Origin: an uncultured bacterium
GTDB lineage: Bacteria; UBA8481
Reading direction: 5' to 3'
Length of the DNA stretch: 64,000 nt
Assembly (NCBI GenBank): GCA_964499705.1
Contig: CAZCME010000011.1
Span: 62,001 to 126,000 of the forward strand
How positions within the stretch are numbered: the first letter of the stretch is position 1; each line of letters begins with the position of its first letter. The position numbers were made by a program, and so were the translations under genes. The notes under the pieces were generated by a model. That model did not search any database and was not told where the DNA came from. It saw nothing but the letters and a program-made list of their open reading frames with translations. This document shows, one piece after another, positions 42,398 through 52,322 of the stretch.

Positions 42398-43342
42398 TCA
42401 GGGAGCCTCGTTGGGCAGAATATCGCGCCATGAATTACAGCCCATCCGGAGGATCCACTCATTCTGCACCAGCCCGATTGTTCCTGATTGCCCATTCCAG
42501 TTCAGAATGGCCATGCTGTGATCCAATAGTCGGTTTCTATTCTTTCCAAAGGTAAGGTCTTCGAGAATCCAGGAGGTGGTCGTGCTTCCATCCAAGGGAT
42601 ACTCGTGCTGGAAACTGATCGGATGAACGTGGCCGAAGAGATGAAAGGCCGGATTTCGTTCTCTGAGAATCCGCGCTATTTGTTGAGAACCTTTCATCCC
42701 CGGAAATGCTCCGAACACAGCATCGTGCGACAACAGAATATCGAACGGCTTCACGGCATAGCGAAGGAGATTGACGGCCTTTTCCGACATCATGTACGGC
42801 GCGTTGTCCCGGGCATCCTCTATGCCCCAGAGTCCCGCAACTTGAAGAGTGTTGCCGTCGGCGCCTTCGATCGCGGCCACGCTCCCGTCGGCAATGCAAT
42901 GAAAGGATTCATAGCAATCGACCGGAAAAGTGTTCGATGGCGCGCCGAACGCGGGGGAACCATGACGCTGAGAGTTCAGGTAATCGTAATCCTCGTGATT
43001 CCCCGCAACGAACAGAATCGGGCAGGAAACCGCCGACTCGTCTCCGAGCCCTGGCATCGGCTCAAAGTAGGCCATTACCTCCTTGTGCGGTCGAACGAAG
43101 AACGTGCTGAACCCCGCTTCCTCAGATTCATAACGTGCCGCCCATTTTCTCGTCGCGTTGTCCAGCCGCGCCGGGTCTGGAAAGCACCCAAGGTCTCCGG
43201 CGATGAGCGCGCCATCGAGCTTGACGCCGGAAGCGATCTGCCAGCACCTGAGACACTGCAGAACGAGTCGCAGGTGACCGTGGACGTCGGAGAAGAGGGC
43301 GATTTTCATAGGGAATTCCAATGGCGGTATGAAATGTTGCAT
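42398..43342 (-). CDS. metallophosphoesterase (distinct subfamily)
   Basis: SDVHG, AGDLG, AGNHED, LLSHD, FGHVH; likely start MKIALF. Confidence 0.85.
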   Translation of the reverse strand: MQHFIPPLEFPMKIALFSDVHGHLRLVLQCLRCWQIASGVKLDGALIAGDLGCFPDPARLDNATRKWAARYESEEAGFSTFFVRPHKEVMAYFEPMPGLGDESAVSCPILFVAGNHEDYDYLNSQRHGSPAFGAPSNTFPVDCYESFHCIADGSVAAIEGADGNTLQVAGLWGIEDARDNAPYMMSEKAVNLLRYAVKPFDILLSHDAVFGAFPGMKGSQQIARILRERNPAFHLFGHVHPISFQHEYPLDGSTTTSWILEDLTFGKNRNRLLDHSMAILNWNGQSGTIGLVQNEWILRMGCNSWRDILPNEAP

Positions 43343-43436
43343 GATTCAAATCTCCGGACGGCGTTCCGAGCAGATCGGAGAACGGCGTTTACTTGCTTAC
43401 GGAGGATATCTGCCGACGAAACTTCTGAACTCTGTT

Positions 43437-44306
43437 TCATGGAAGGTACCGCCCCGCGAAACCGTCAATGTTTACGCCGACACGATTGGCGCCCATGATT
43501 TGACGGGCCGTATGAACGATCTCGTCAAGATAACTCAAATTTATCGACCTCGGTTCCACCGCGGCCATGACTGAAGGAAGATGCGTTTGCAGAGTGCGCC
43601 GACCGTCCGGCGTCCCGTCTCCTTCTATGAAGTGATCGATGACCACGGCGTCAGCACATTCCGAAATTCGATCGAAGAAGCAACTCGGTTCACGAATCGG
43701 CAGAAGCGGCGAGACGGTGATAACAGTTCGTATGCCGTCATCTGTAAGTGTTTTCGCGGCATGCAGACGTCGGGCCACGGAACTGGCGTGCGAAGCAAGA
43801 CCAGGAATGGATTCCATGTCCGTTTCAATGGAGATGTGAACGCGTAATTCACAACGGGACTGAAGCCTGCGGTAGAGATCCAGATACTCAACCACGCCGT
43901 GAGTGTGCGTCTGGAGGATCATGAGGTCAGGAGGTTCCTCAGCCATGGCTTTCAGGAGCTGCTCCGTTATTCGACAATGAGTTTCCTGCGGGAGAAAAGG
44001 CTCCGTGGAGCTCGAAAGGAAGACGCCAAATCGTCCCCGTGCCCGCCGTGCCCAGCTTCGCTCACGTTTCACATTCGCAAGATACGCCGCTGCGGCGTTT
44101 TTTCTGATTTCCAGAAACGATCCCCACGGCCTTCCCTCCGTCACGTAAACGTTGTGTTGAACATAGCAGGCGACCCCGCAGAGTGCGTTTCCAAAGGAAC
44201 ACCCCCGATACGGTTGCGCGGAATGCGACGCCACAGTTGTGAGAAAACCTGTAGTGCGAGCGAGAATGTTCTTGACGCTTGTTTCGGATATATTCATAGG
44301 GTGCAC
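43437..44306 (-). CDS. SPL (spore photoproduct lyase)-like radical SAM protein
   Basis: QPYRGCSFGNALCGVACY (expanded Cys motif), FLSSSTEPF, SIETD, TVSPLLP. Confidence 0.8.
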   Translation of the reverse strand: MHPMNISETSVKNILARTTGFLTTVASHSAQPYRGCSFGNALCGVACYVQHNVYVTEGRPWGSFLEIRKNAAAAYLANVKRERSWARRARGRFGVFLSSSTEPFLPQETHCRITEQLLKAMAEEPPDLMILQTHTHGVVEYLDLYRRLQSRCELRVHISIETDMESIPGLASHASSVARRLHAAKTLTDDGIRTVITVSPLLPIREPSCFFDRISECADAVVIDHFIEGDGTPDGRRTLQTHLPSVMAAVEPRSINLSYLDEIVHTARQIMGANRVGVNIDGFAGRYLP

Positions 44307-44409
44307 ATGACTACTCGGACATCATAGTGATGCGGAGGATCAGCGCAACCACGACGAATACCGCGCTTGATGTCATTGTTGCAGCAATACCGCCTTATAT
44401 GCCTCCGCC

Positions 44410-44613
44410 ATGGGCGAAGAACCTCCAATGAAGGATCTACTTTTTCCCAGCCTCGAATGCATGAAACGTTTGGCAGAGGAGATCGGTCGCCAGCACGCCG
44501 CTTTGAGCTCGATCCGAGAACTCATTCGCCCTTACATCGACCAAGTACCCGGAGTCACCCCGAATCAACTCGAGATGGCCTGCGCTAGGATCATAGTCGC
44601 GAAGTTGAAGTAG
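44410..44613 (+). CDS. small hypothetical protein
   Basis: 67-aa helical ORF. Confidence 0.35.
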   Translation: MGEEPPMKDLLFPSLECMKRLAEEIGRQHAALSSIRELIRPYIDQVPGVTPNQLEMACARIIVAKLK

Positions 44614-45023
44614 ACGCACGGATCATGATCGCGACTCATCGAGATCTGTCCGCGATGAAGGACGCTTATGTCGAGGGCCGAGGCCCTGCACCCGGCGGCG
44701 GACTCTTTCGTGAGGATCTTTATTACCGACTGGCAGTCGCGGAGGATATTCAGATCCCTCCATTGCGTGATCGTCGGGAAGATATTCCGCTTTTTGTGTT
44801 TCACTTCTGGACCCTGTGGATGAAAAAAGACGATGGAGATCAGTCCCTGAAGAGCACTTTGAAGTGCTTCAATGCAGATGCAATGGCTCAGCTGGTTACA
44901 ATGCGCTGGTCTGGAAACGTGCGGGAGCTGGAAAACTTTCTGCTCAACCGCCTTTTTCCCCGTTTGCCCAAGGGCTGTGTGGAGATATCAAGAGACGATG
45001 TCGAAAGCGCGAAGATTTATTAA
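44589..45023 (+). pseudogene. C-terminal fragment of a sigma54 activator AAA domain
   Basis: REVEVDARIMIATHRDL...FREDLYYRL...IPPLRDRREDIP...WSGNVRELEN; in-frame TAG at 44586; no Walker A or GAFTGA. Confidence 0.8.
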
Positions 45024-45208
45024 TAAGTGGCGCAATCACAGTGGAGCTTGCGCAGCTTTTTTTCATGATATTCTCACTCGATATCAACAGGTACAGATTC
45101 GATACTTGCAGTAACCGATGTTAGCCTTCGACAGTCTCCCGAAAAGCTTGAATGGCTGTCTCCTTGCCGTTTTCAAGCAGATTCCATGGCAAGCATCAAA
45201 TGGTAGAG

Positions 45209-45223
45209 TGGCACGCATTTTGC
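45209..45223 (+). promoter_or_regulatory. sigma54 (-24/-12) promoter
   Basis: TGGCACG-CATT-TTGC, full consensus. Confidence 0.85.
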
Positions 45224-45259
45224 GCTGTTGAACGGGGAACGGCGATACCGTGAAAAAGG

Positions 45260-46078
45260 TTGGAAGAAATTAGGATGTTGTGTAGTGTGACCGTATCCGC
45301 TGCCGGGAGCAGTTTTGTGACAAAATCGACGTCGTCAAATGTCGCGAATCAGTCAGCGTCAAAAGAATCGAATAGAATCCATTTTCTTAATGCTGTATTC
45401 GGTTATGAAAATACGATCGTGGTCGATGCATTTGATTTTATTGTCGCTCGAAGTGAGGTTATCGCTTTTGTTGGTGCCTCGGGTTGCGGAAAGACCACGA
45501 TGCTCAAGGCCATTTCGGGAGCTATTCCTCTTCTATCAGGCACAATCTTGCTCGATGGACAGCCGAGGGATAGACAGTGGCTCTCCCGAAATCTCTCACG
45601 AACGCTTCAGAATTCACCTCTCTTCCATTGGCTCACTGTGCAGGAGAATCTCGAACTCGCATGTAAAATAAGAGGTATGCGTGAAATTGATGCGCGCGCG
45701 GTTTTGGCGGAGTTTGCCGCCGACCATGTGTGCGACAGATATCCCCAAAGCCTTTCAGGAGGAGAGCGATGCCGGGCCAGTATCGCGCAGGCAGCAATAA
45801 CTAATCCGAAGGTCATACTACTCGACGAGCCATTCTCCGGACTGGATGTGCATATCAAGGCAGAGGTGGCAAACTACCTTTTCTCGTTCGCCCAGTCGCA
45901 CGGTACAAGTATGATTTTTGTTACTCATGATCTTCACGACGCATGCGAATACTCGCAGAGAGTGGTTCTCCTAAAGCAGGGACCGCCCACAACCGTTTCA
46001 GAGATATTGAACTCGAAACACAGGAATACCCTGGAGCGGATTCGCGGGGAACTCCTGCGATATGGACGAGATTCATAA
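45260..46078 (+). CDS. NitT/TauT ABC transporter ATP-binding protein
   Basis: GASGCGKTT, YPQSLSGGE, LLDEPFSGLD, FVTHD; start uncertain. Confidence 0.92.
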   Translation: MEEIRMLCSVTVSAAGSSFVTKSTSSNVANQSASKESNRIHFLNAVFGYENTIVVDAFDFIVARSEVIAFVGASGCGKTTMLKAISGAIPLLSGTILLDGQPRDRQWLSRNLSRTLQNSPLFHWLTVQENLELACKIRGMREIDARAVLAEFAADHVCDRYPQSLSGGERCRASIAQAAITNPKVILLDEPFSGLDVHIKAEVANYLFSFAQSHGTSMIFVTHDLHDACEYSQRVVLLKQGPPTTVSEILNSKHRNTLERIRGELLRYGRDS

Positions 46079-46824
46079 TGGCAAAGAACCTGCTTCGCTA
46101 TGGCCTGTCACTTTTGATTTTGTTTGCAGCATGGAAGGGCGCGACAGTGGCGTTCGCGATTCCTGTATTCGTCGTTCCGGCGCCTGAACACGTTCTCTAT
46201 ACGATTTTCACGGAGTCAGGTTCATTCCTCTCTCATACGGAATCCACGCTCGTCAACATGGCGGGCGGCATCGCAATCGGCATATCTCTAGGAGTCATAT
46301 TCGGCACCGCCATCGCTTACTCGCCGATTCTCCACTGGCTTTTTGAACCATATCTTGTGATCTTTCAGAGTTTTCCGAGAGAGGCGCTGATCCCTGTTGT
46401 GGTAGTGTGGCTAGGGTTTGGACGCGAACCTAAGATATTCAACTCGGCGCTTCTTTCCTTTTTCCCCATGGCCGTCATTACCGCAAATGGTTTGGTGGAT
46501 ACCAGGACCGAGTATCTTGAGCTCGTCAAAAACTGGGGGGCGTCCCGATGGCAGGAGTTCAGATACTGCCGGTTTCCGAATGCACTCCAGCAGATTGCCG
46601 GCGGACTGCGGATCGCCGTTCCTCTCGGTTTGATCGGGGCCGTATTGGGCGAGTTCATGGGGGGGAACGAAGGTCTGGGTTATGTGGTTGTTTCCTCAGG
46701 AGCGAACTATCGGATGGATAGAAGCTTTGCGGCTTTGGTTATTCTTTCGTTGCTTGGCATGTTGAGTCATGTCACAATTCACTTTGTTCAGAATGTTCTT
46801 CTGGCGAAGTACAAACAGGAGTAG
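46078..46824 (+). CDS. NitT/TauT ABC transporter permease
   Basis: WLGFG, GASRWQEF, GAVLGEF, GLGY. Confidence 0.92.
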   Translation: MAKNLLRYGLSLLILFAAWKGATVAFAIPVFVVPAPEHVLYTIFTESGSFLSHTESTLVNMAGGIAIGISLGVIFGTAIAYSPILHWLFEPYLVIFQSFPREALIPVVVVWLGFGREPKIFNSALLSFFPMAVITANGLVDTRTEYLELVKNWGASRWQEFRYCRFPNALQQIAGGLRIAVPLGLIGAVLGEFMGGNEGLGYVVVSSGANYRMDRSFAALVILSLLGMLSHVTIHFVQNVLLAKYKQE

Positions 46825-46828
46825 AACG

Positions 46829-47821
46829 ATGAGACGAGTATATGGGGTATCTTTATTGGCGTTGGCTATTCTACTCGGAATCAGCTGGGGTTGCGGACGG
46901 AGCAGCGAACAAGAGACGCGTCAGGTAACAACATCGGCCCAGTCGGAAAGAAAGCCTCTGACTCCGTTTGAGCTTCTTATAGACTGGCAGGCTGAGCCGA
47001 CGTATTTAGGTGTATATTACGCCAAGACCATTGGCGAATTCGAAAAACTGGGCTTGGATGTAAACATTACACAGAGTTGGGGCGCCAATGAGGCCGCCAT
47101 CGCCGTCAGTTCCGGTAAATATAAGATCGCGACGGCGTCCGGCGGGGCGACAGCCATAGCAAACAGCAATGGAGCGGGCCTGGTCTCCATGGCGGTGTTG
47201 TATCACTCACTTCCTACATCCGTATACGGGCTGGCGTCCACTGGAATCAGGGGGCCTCATGACCTTGAGGGAAGAACAATCGGTATCTATCCCAAGAGCA
47301 TTACCAGAAATGAATTCGAGGCGTTCGCAAAGCTCAATGGACTTGACATGAAGAAGATTGAGATCGTGGCAATCAGTGGAGCTGACATTCCTTTGGTTCT
47401 ATCAGGAAAAGTTGATGGAGCCGTGAATTATTTTGAGCTCAGTCCTACCATTCTCGCTCTTGATACCTCCTCGTACGATTTGCGACTTTCGGAATTTGGG
47501 GTCGAGGGATATGGTCTCAATATAATATGCTCACGCAAAACACTTCTGTCAGAGCCTGATCTGGTGAACGGTGTGACCCAAGCCATCCTCGCCGGGTATC
47601 GCGCGGCCCTCGCTGATCCGGAAGCGGCTGTAAGCGCTTTTCTCAAGGAGTTTCCGGATAAGGATCCCACCTATGTCAGAGCAAGTTGGGCGAAGGTGTG
47701 TGGTGCCTTGGGGACAAACATTGGCGCTCAGACCGCCGAAGGATGGCAAAAAACCATCGATCTCTACCGCAATACCGGAGTAATCACTGCTCCTGTCACT
47801 CCAGCGAATATTCTTCCGTAG
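46829..47821 (+). CDS. NMT1/THI5-like ABC substrate-binding lipoprotein
   Basis: lipobox SWGC; IDWQAEPTYLGVYYAKTIGEFEKLGLDV, DLEGRTIG. Confidence 0.85.
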   Translation: MRRVYGVSLLALAILLGISWGCGRSSEQETRQVTTSAQSERKPLTPFELLIDWQAEPTYLGVYYAKTIGEFEKLGLDVNITQSWGANEAAIAVSSGKYKIATASGGATAIANSNGAGLVSMAVLYHSLPTSVYGLASTGIRGPHDLEGRTIGIYPKSITRNEFEAFAKLNGLDMKKIEIVAISGADIPLVLSGKVDGAVNYFELSPTILALDTSSYDLRLSEFGVEGYGLNIICSRKTLLSEPDLVNGVTQAILAGYRAALADPEAAVSAFLKEFPDKDPTYVRASWAKVCGALGTNIGAQTAEGWQKTIDLYRNTGVITAPVTPANILP

Positions 47822-47866
47822 ATTGGTTCGCTTGCCTTGCGGGCGGAAACGAGTTACATACCCATT

Positions 47867-48577
47867 ATGAAACTACTGAAACAGTCTGCCGGCGACTTGA
47901 GGCCTAATCAAGCTGACGAGAGTCGGAGACTACTGATTGACAGTCAGAAAGTCTGCTTTCCGGTCACATTGCGTGCATTTGGACTTTCGCTGGTGGTCAT
48001 GCCCGGAGTCTTTCCTGCGCATTGCTTCAATGGCTGGCGAATCTTTACTGGCAATTTCCCTGATTGTTTCGGAGAAGACGTTCTGGAGATCGGGACAGGA
48101 ATTGGCGTTACGGCAATCTACCTCGCAAAAAACGGCGCGCGAACGGTTGTTGCCGTCGACGTTAATCCGCTCGCCGTTATCAACGGCCAGGAAAACGCAA
48201 TATGTAACGGAGTTACGAATATTTCTTTTCGATATAGCGACGTATTTTCCGCTGTCAAGAGCGATGAGAAATTCGACACAATCTATTGGAACCTACCGTT
48301 CATCTACATGAGTGATGATTACTTATTTCAGAGCATGCTGGAGCGGGGGTTGTTTGACCCGGGTTATCGGATAACGGAAAGATTTTTGCGCGAAGCGTGT
48401 ACCTACCTTAATGAGGGAGGGCGCGTGGTTGCTGGGCTGGGCAGCTTCGCAGACCTGCCCCGATTTTCAGGGTTGGCCGACCGATTTGGCTATCGATGTA
48501 CTGAGCTTGCTGTGGAAGCATCAACCGAGGGCAATCCTGTGGACTTTCGGCTTCATGAGTTGAGGAAAGGTCTGTGA
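47867..48577 (+). CDS. class I SAM methyltransferase (MTS/HemK-like)
   Basis: VLEIGTGIG, VDVNP, SDVF, FDTIYWNLPF. Confidence 0.85.
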   Translation: MKLLKQSAGDLRPNQADESRRLLIDSQKVCFPVTLRAFGLSLVVMPGVFPAHCFNGWRIFTGNFPDCFGEDVLEIGTGIGVTAIYLAKNGARTVVAVDVNPLAVINGQENAICNGVTNISFRYSDVFSAVKSDEKFDTIYWNLPFIYMSDDYLFQSMLERGLFDPGYRITERFLREACTYLNEGGRVVAGLGSFADLPRFSGLADRFGYRCTELAVEASTEGNPVDFRLHELRKGL

Positions 48578-50055
48578 CAATCAGTAATGCGCCGAAGGTA
48601 TTCTACGTGATGCCGTTCAGCGGCAGGTCATATGAGGAAATAGTCTCTTTTCGTCAAGGGCTCCACGGCCTTGCGAGTAACCACGGCGTACAACTTCTCG
48701 AGCAGTTCATTGGGGTTGAAGAGAAAGGTCTTTACGAGACCCACGGATACTTGCCGCTCTTCATTGCTGGCAAGGATTTTGACTTCGTTAGAGAGGCTGA
48801 TATCCTTATTGCCGACTATTCGGGAGGTTCGATCGGTCGAGACGTGGAGGTTGTCCTTGCTAAGGAGATACTCGATAAGCGGACAATCGCAATCGTACCG
48901 GACGCGGAGTGCGCACAGAGAATCGCGGATCACCCCTATGTGCGGCTCTACAGCAACTATATTGTGCGAACGGTCGAGGAGGCGTTTTCCCTGGCGGGCA
49001 GTCTCGGTAATTTCCCGCTATCTCAAAAGATCTCCGCGCTCTCTCGCGTGCAAAAGGACAGAATCGACGTTCTACTCCAGAACGAAGCCCGCACCGGCGG
49101 GATCGATGCCATAGAGCGCCTTCTTCCTTCCGAATTGAGGCGCCGCTGGAAAGACCTGTTCGGAACGGAATACACCAGAGTTCTCGGGACCTCGTTTGAT
49201 GAGTATCCGGTTACTCTCCGGATCAATCCTATCTTGTGGAACCGTGCCGCGTTCGAACGGTTTTGCCAATATAACAGCCTATCTTACGAGTCTGTCGAGT
49301 TTTCAGAATACGTGTTTCGAATGGGCCGGTCGGCTTCGCACGAGACGATTCGGAAAACACCAGAGTATGCGGCGGGAAATTACTACATCCAGGAACTCTC
49401 GTCACTGCTCTCACCCATTGCGTTGAACCCACAGCCGGGTGAAAAGATACTGGATCTTTGCGCAGCCCCCGGCTCGAAGACGACCCAGATGGCAGAGATG
49501 ATGCGCGATGAGGGTGAGATACTTGCAGTTGACATATCGCCGGAGCGAATGAGTATTCTTCGGGCGGCTGTGAAGAGGCAAGGGTTATCTATTATCACTC
49601 CGTTGACGGGCGAGAGTGAGGCTATCGGAGATACTCATCCTGAGTTTTTTGATAGGGTCCTTGTCGACGGCCCGTGCTCATGTGAAGGGATATTTCGCTA
49701 CAAGGCTCACAAGTTTTTTGAATGGGACTTTGCGTTGCTACCGAAGCTCATCGACATGCAGAAACGAATCCTCGAGTCTGGATATAGGGCGCTGAAGCCC
49801 GGCGGAGTATTATTGTATAGTACATGTACATTTGGCCCGGAGGAAAACGAGGGCGTCGTAGACTGGCTCTTGAAACGCTACTCATCAGCTACAGTAAGGC
49901 GACCAGAGTTTCCCGGGGTTGCAGTAAGGCCAGCACTGTTGAAGTGGGGGCACTGGCGATATGATGGCCGCATTTCGAATTGCGTTAGACTCTATCCGCA
50001 CGATAATGACACCATCGGTTTTTTTATCGCCCTAATCGTGAAAGAGTTGAAATAG
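48574..50055 (+). CDS. NDT-like domain fused to RsmB/RsmF (NOL1/NOP2) m5C methyltransferase
   Basis: N-term KVFYVMPFSG...DFDFVREADILIAD...SIGRDVE; C-term ILDLCAAPGSKT, DGPCS, YSTCT, PEENE. Confidence 0.8.
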   Translation: MTISNAPKVFYVMPFSGRSYEEIVSFRQGLHGLASNHGVQLLEQFIGVEEKGLYETHGYLPLFIAGKDFDFVREADILIADYSGGSIGRDVEVVLAKEILDKRTIAIVPDAECAQRIADHPYVRLYSNYIVRTVEEAFSLAGSLGNFPLSQKISALSRVQKDRIDVLLQNEARTGGIDAIERLLPSELRRRWKDLFGTEYTRVLGTSFDEYPVTLRINPILWNRAAFERFCQYNSLSYESVEFSEYVFRMGRSASHETIRKTPEYAAGNYYIQELSSLLSPIALNPQPGEKILDLCAAPGSKTTQMAEMMRDEGEILAVDISPERMSILRAAVKRQGLSIITPLTGESEAIGDTHPEFFDRVLVDGPCSCEGIFRYKAHKFFEWDFALLPKLIDMQKRILESGYRALKPGGVLLYSTCTFGPEENEGVVDWLLKRYSSATVRRPEFPGVAVRPALLKWGHWRYDGRISNCVRLYPHDNDTIGFFIALIVKELK

Positions 50056-50057
50056 CT

Positions 50058-52322
50058 ATGCCATCCTCGATCGATCTTCAAAAAGTAGATGAGGCAATGG
50101 AGATCATTGAAGCGCTTCAGGCGAAAAACTGCGGGCAGCAGGAGGCTACAATGTTAGCCACGCTGATCGAGCAGTTTTCACGCCGCGCAATGCCCGAATT
50201 TATCGACCGGATCAGGAACCACACGGTTTTACGTATGGTCAACGCGGATGGCGATCAGACACAGCTTCAGGCGCTTCGAGAGTCATTAGGAGCATGGTAC
50301 AGCGGGATATTGTTCGGGGATCTACTGTCCTACAACTCCGCTGAACGCGACAGCGATAAAAGGATCGAGTCACGTATGAGGGCGCTGGTTCGTGAGGCTC
50401 TAATCTGGATGCCGAACTCAGTCTTCGCCCAGGTTCTTCTCTATTTCAAAGGTGCCGAGACTCCCATCGTAGAGTGCACCGGGACGAGGGGTTTCCAGGA
50501 CGTCTTGCATATTGAACGCCTCAGGAAAGATACAACCGACTATGCAAAACGAAACGGTTCCTCCGTAACTTGGGACATTCATTTTCGAAATTCGGCAAAA
50601 TGGGACTGGTCTGACGGCGTTAATCAGGTCCGATTAGACGGAATTGCAATTGTAGAGGGAGACGAGATTCGTCCGAACACAGGCGTGGTTATCTCGGGTG
50701 CAAAGGCCGAATTCAGAATTATACCAGAATTGTTGGAAGCTAAGCAGGAGGAGTCGGGAGGAGGGGCGTCAAACGGCGAGGAAGATGCTCGAAAACGTGC
50801 GGACGAAAGTGAACCTGGCAAACATTCTAGATTTCTTTCTGACGTTATGTGGCCCTTTTTGAAGGAGATAGATCCTGATGCCCATACAAAGGATGTATTG
50901 GGATTGCTACATCATTCAACCGGATTGGACGTGTACTTCGACGGATTGCCGGACGTCGATAGCAGAGTGAGAGCGCACCTATATTTAGCTTCGCGCGTCA
51001 AAAGATCCACGATTTTAACCGAGAAGCCTGTTTTTCGGTTACCAACTAATTTTCGAAGGACCATGGTATCGCTCCTGTCGAAACTTGCCCACTTCTACAC
51101 AGTACACAGGATGATCGACCAACGGTATGCAGTGACGCGACAGGCCCAAAGATACGACTTGATCAGCCAGCCTCTGGAACGGCTGACGAAGGCTCAGGAA
51201 GAGATTGAGCGAGACGTCAGGATGTTGAGAAACATCATGAATGAGCCTGCAGATGGGATTCTTGCTGAGGTGCGCCGGCTCAGCGAGTTGTTCCGGGAAG
51301 CAGGAACGATGAAATTTAGGACAGCTTCTGGCAAAATTACAATCACACGTAGACACACTGTCAGGAATTATGAACCGAATGAGGCGTTGCTTATTCTTGC
51401 GGAAGCCATAAGGCGACTCCTTCTTCCTCTTAATAAAAGCGCCATCTCTGCGAAATGGCTCTTGTCTATTCGCGCTTTACTCCAAAATGAATACGGCGGG
51501 TTGGCGGATGAAAAATACGCTCAGCTCGAGCGCATGCTGGGTAAGAAATTTCAGAGAGTTCTTGAAAATGTAAATAATTCTGATTTCACAGAGGCCGGGA
51601 AGATTTCTTGTGCCGTCTTATCGGACATTAAGAACTTCTTCCTTCTTCCGTTGAAGGGGGGGGATGAGTCCTATCAAAAACCTCTCATTTGGCCGGCGCT
51701 GTTTGCGTATCTCCCTGCGGGCGTCGAGATTAGGCTATCGATTGTGAGTCCGGACTGGATTCGGAACGAATTTTCTTCTGAAATAATGGATTCTGCCGGC
51801 CTAGCTGAGAAGCTCCCTGTGATCTGTCGACGATCAAACCCCTTCTTTCATTATGGCCCGTTCATTGATTCGTTTCAAAAACTGGTGTTTTCGCACATGC
51901 AGGATGGATCGCGCGACCAGCGAATCAATTCTGTAGTAGTTTGCTACACAATATTCGGTCAAGACACGCCATGTCGTCTTGAATCACTTAATCTGACGGA
52001 GTCGGACGGTATCTCGGTTTCGTTTGGAACAGCAGGAAGGAAATGGATTAAGGATGGAGGAGGCAATATATTAGAGGATCTTTTTACTCGTTTGGCGAAC
52101 CAGGCACAACATGAACTCGATATCGATGTCGAATATGGAAACTTCTTCAGGCCTCTTCAGAAGCTATTCATCACCCGCCGCGCTAGGGGGGGGCTCCTGA
52201 TGAAGTGCAAAAATGATCACGTGAAGTTGCAGTTTGGCGACAGGCTCGTACTTGAGTTTAACGGCTCGGAGTTTTCCATTCATTCCGGCAGCGCGGCGGT
52301 CAAGGAATGGCAAAAGACATGA
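50058..52322 (+). CDS. large hypothetical protein with central coiled coil
   Basis: 754-aa ORF, operonic spacing. Confidence 0.7.
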   Translation: MPSSIDLQKVDEAMEIIEALQAKNCGQQEATMLATLIEQFSRRAMPEFIDRIRNHTVLRMVNADGDQTQLQALRESLGAWYSGILFGDLLSYNSAERDSDKRIESRMRALVREALIWMPNSVFAQVLLYFKGAETPIVECTGTRGFQDVLHIERLRKDTTDYAKRNGSSVTWDIHFRNSAKWDWSDGVNQVRLDGIAIVEGDEIRPNTGVVISGAKAEFRIIPELLEAKQEESGGGASNGEEDARKRADESEPGKHSRFLSDVMWPFLKEIDPDAHTKDVLGLLHHSTGLDVYFDGLPDVDSRVRAHLYLASRVKRSTILTEKPVFRLPTNFRRTMVSLLSKLAHFYTVHRMIDQRYAVTRQAQRYDLISQPLERLTKAQEEIERDVRMLRNIMNEPADGILAEVRRLSELFREAGTMKFRTASGKITITRRHTVRNYEPNEALLILAEAIRRLLLPLNKSAISAKWLLSIRALLQNEYGGLADEKYAQLERMLGKKFQRVLENVNNSDFTEAGKISCAVLSDIKNFFLLPLKGGDESYQKPLIWPALFAYLPAGVEIRLSIVSPDWIRNEFSSEIMDSAGLAEKLPVICRRSNPFFHYGPFIDSFQKLVFSHMQDGSRDQRINSVVVCYTIFGQDTPCRLESLNLTESDGISVSFGTAGRKWIKDGGGNILEDLFTRLANQAQHELDIDVEYGNFFRPLQKLFITRRARGGLLMKCKNDHVKLQFGDRLVLEFNGSEFSIHSGSAAVKEWQKT

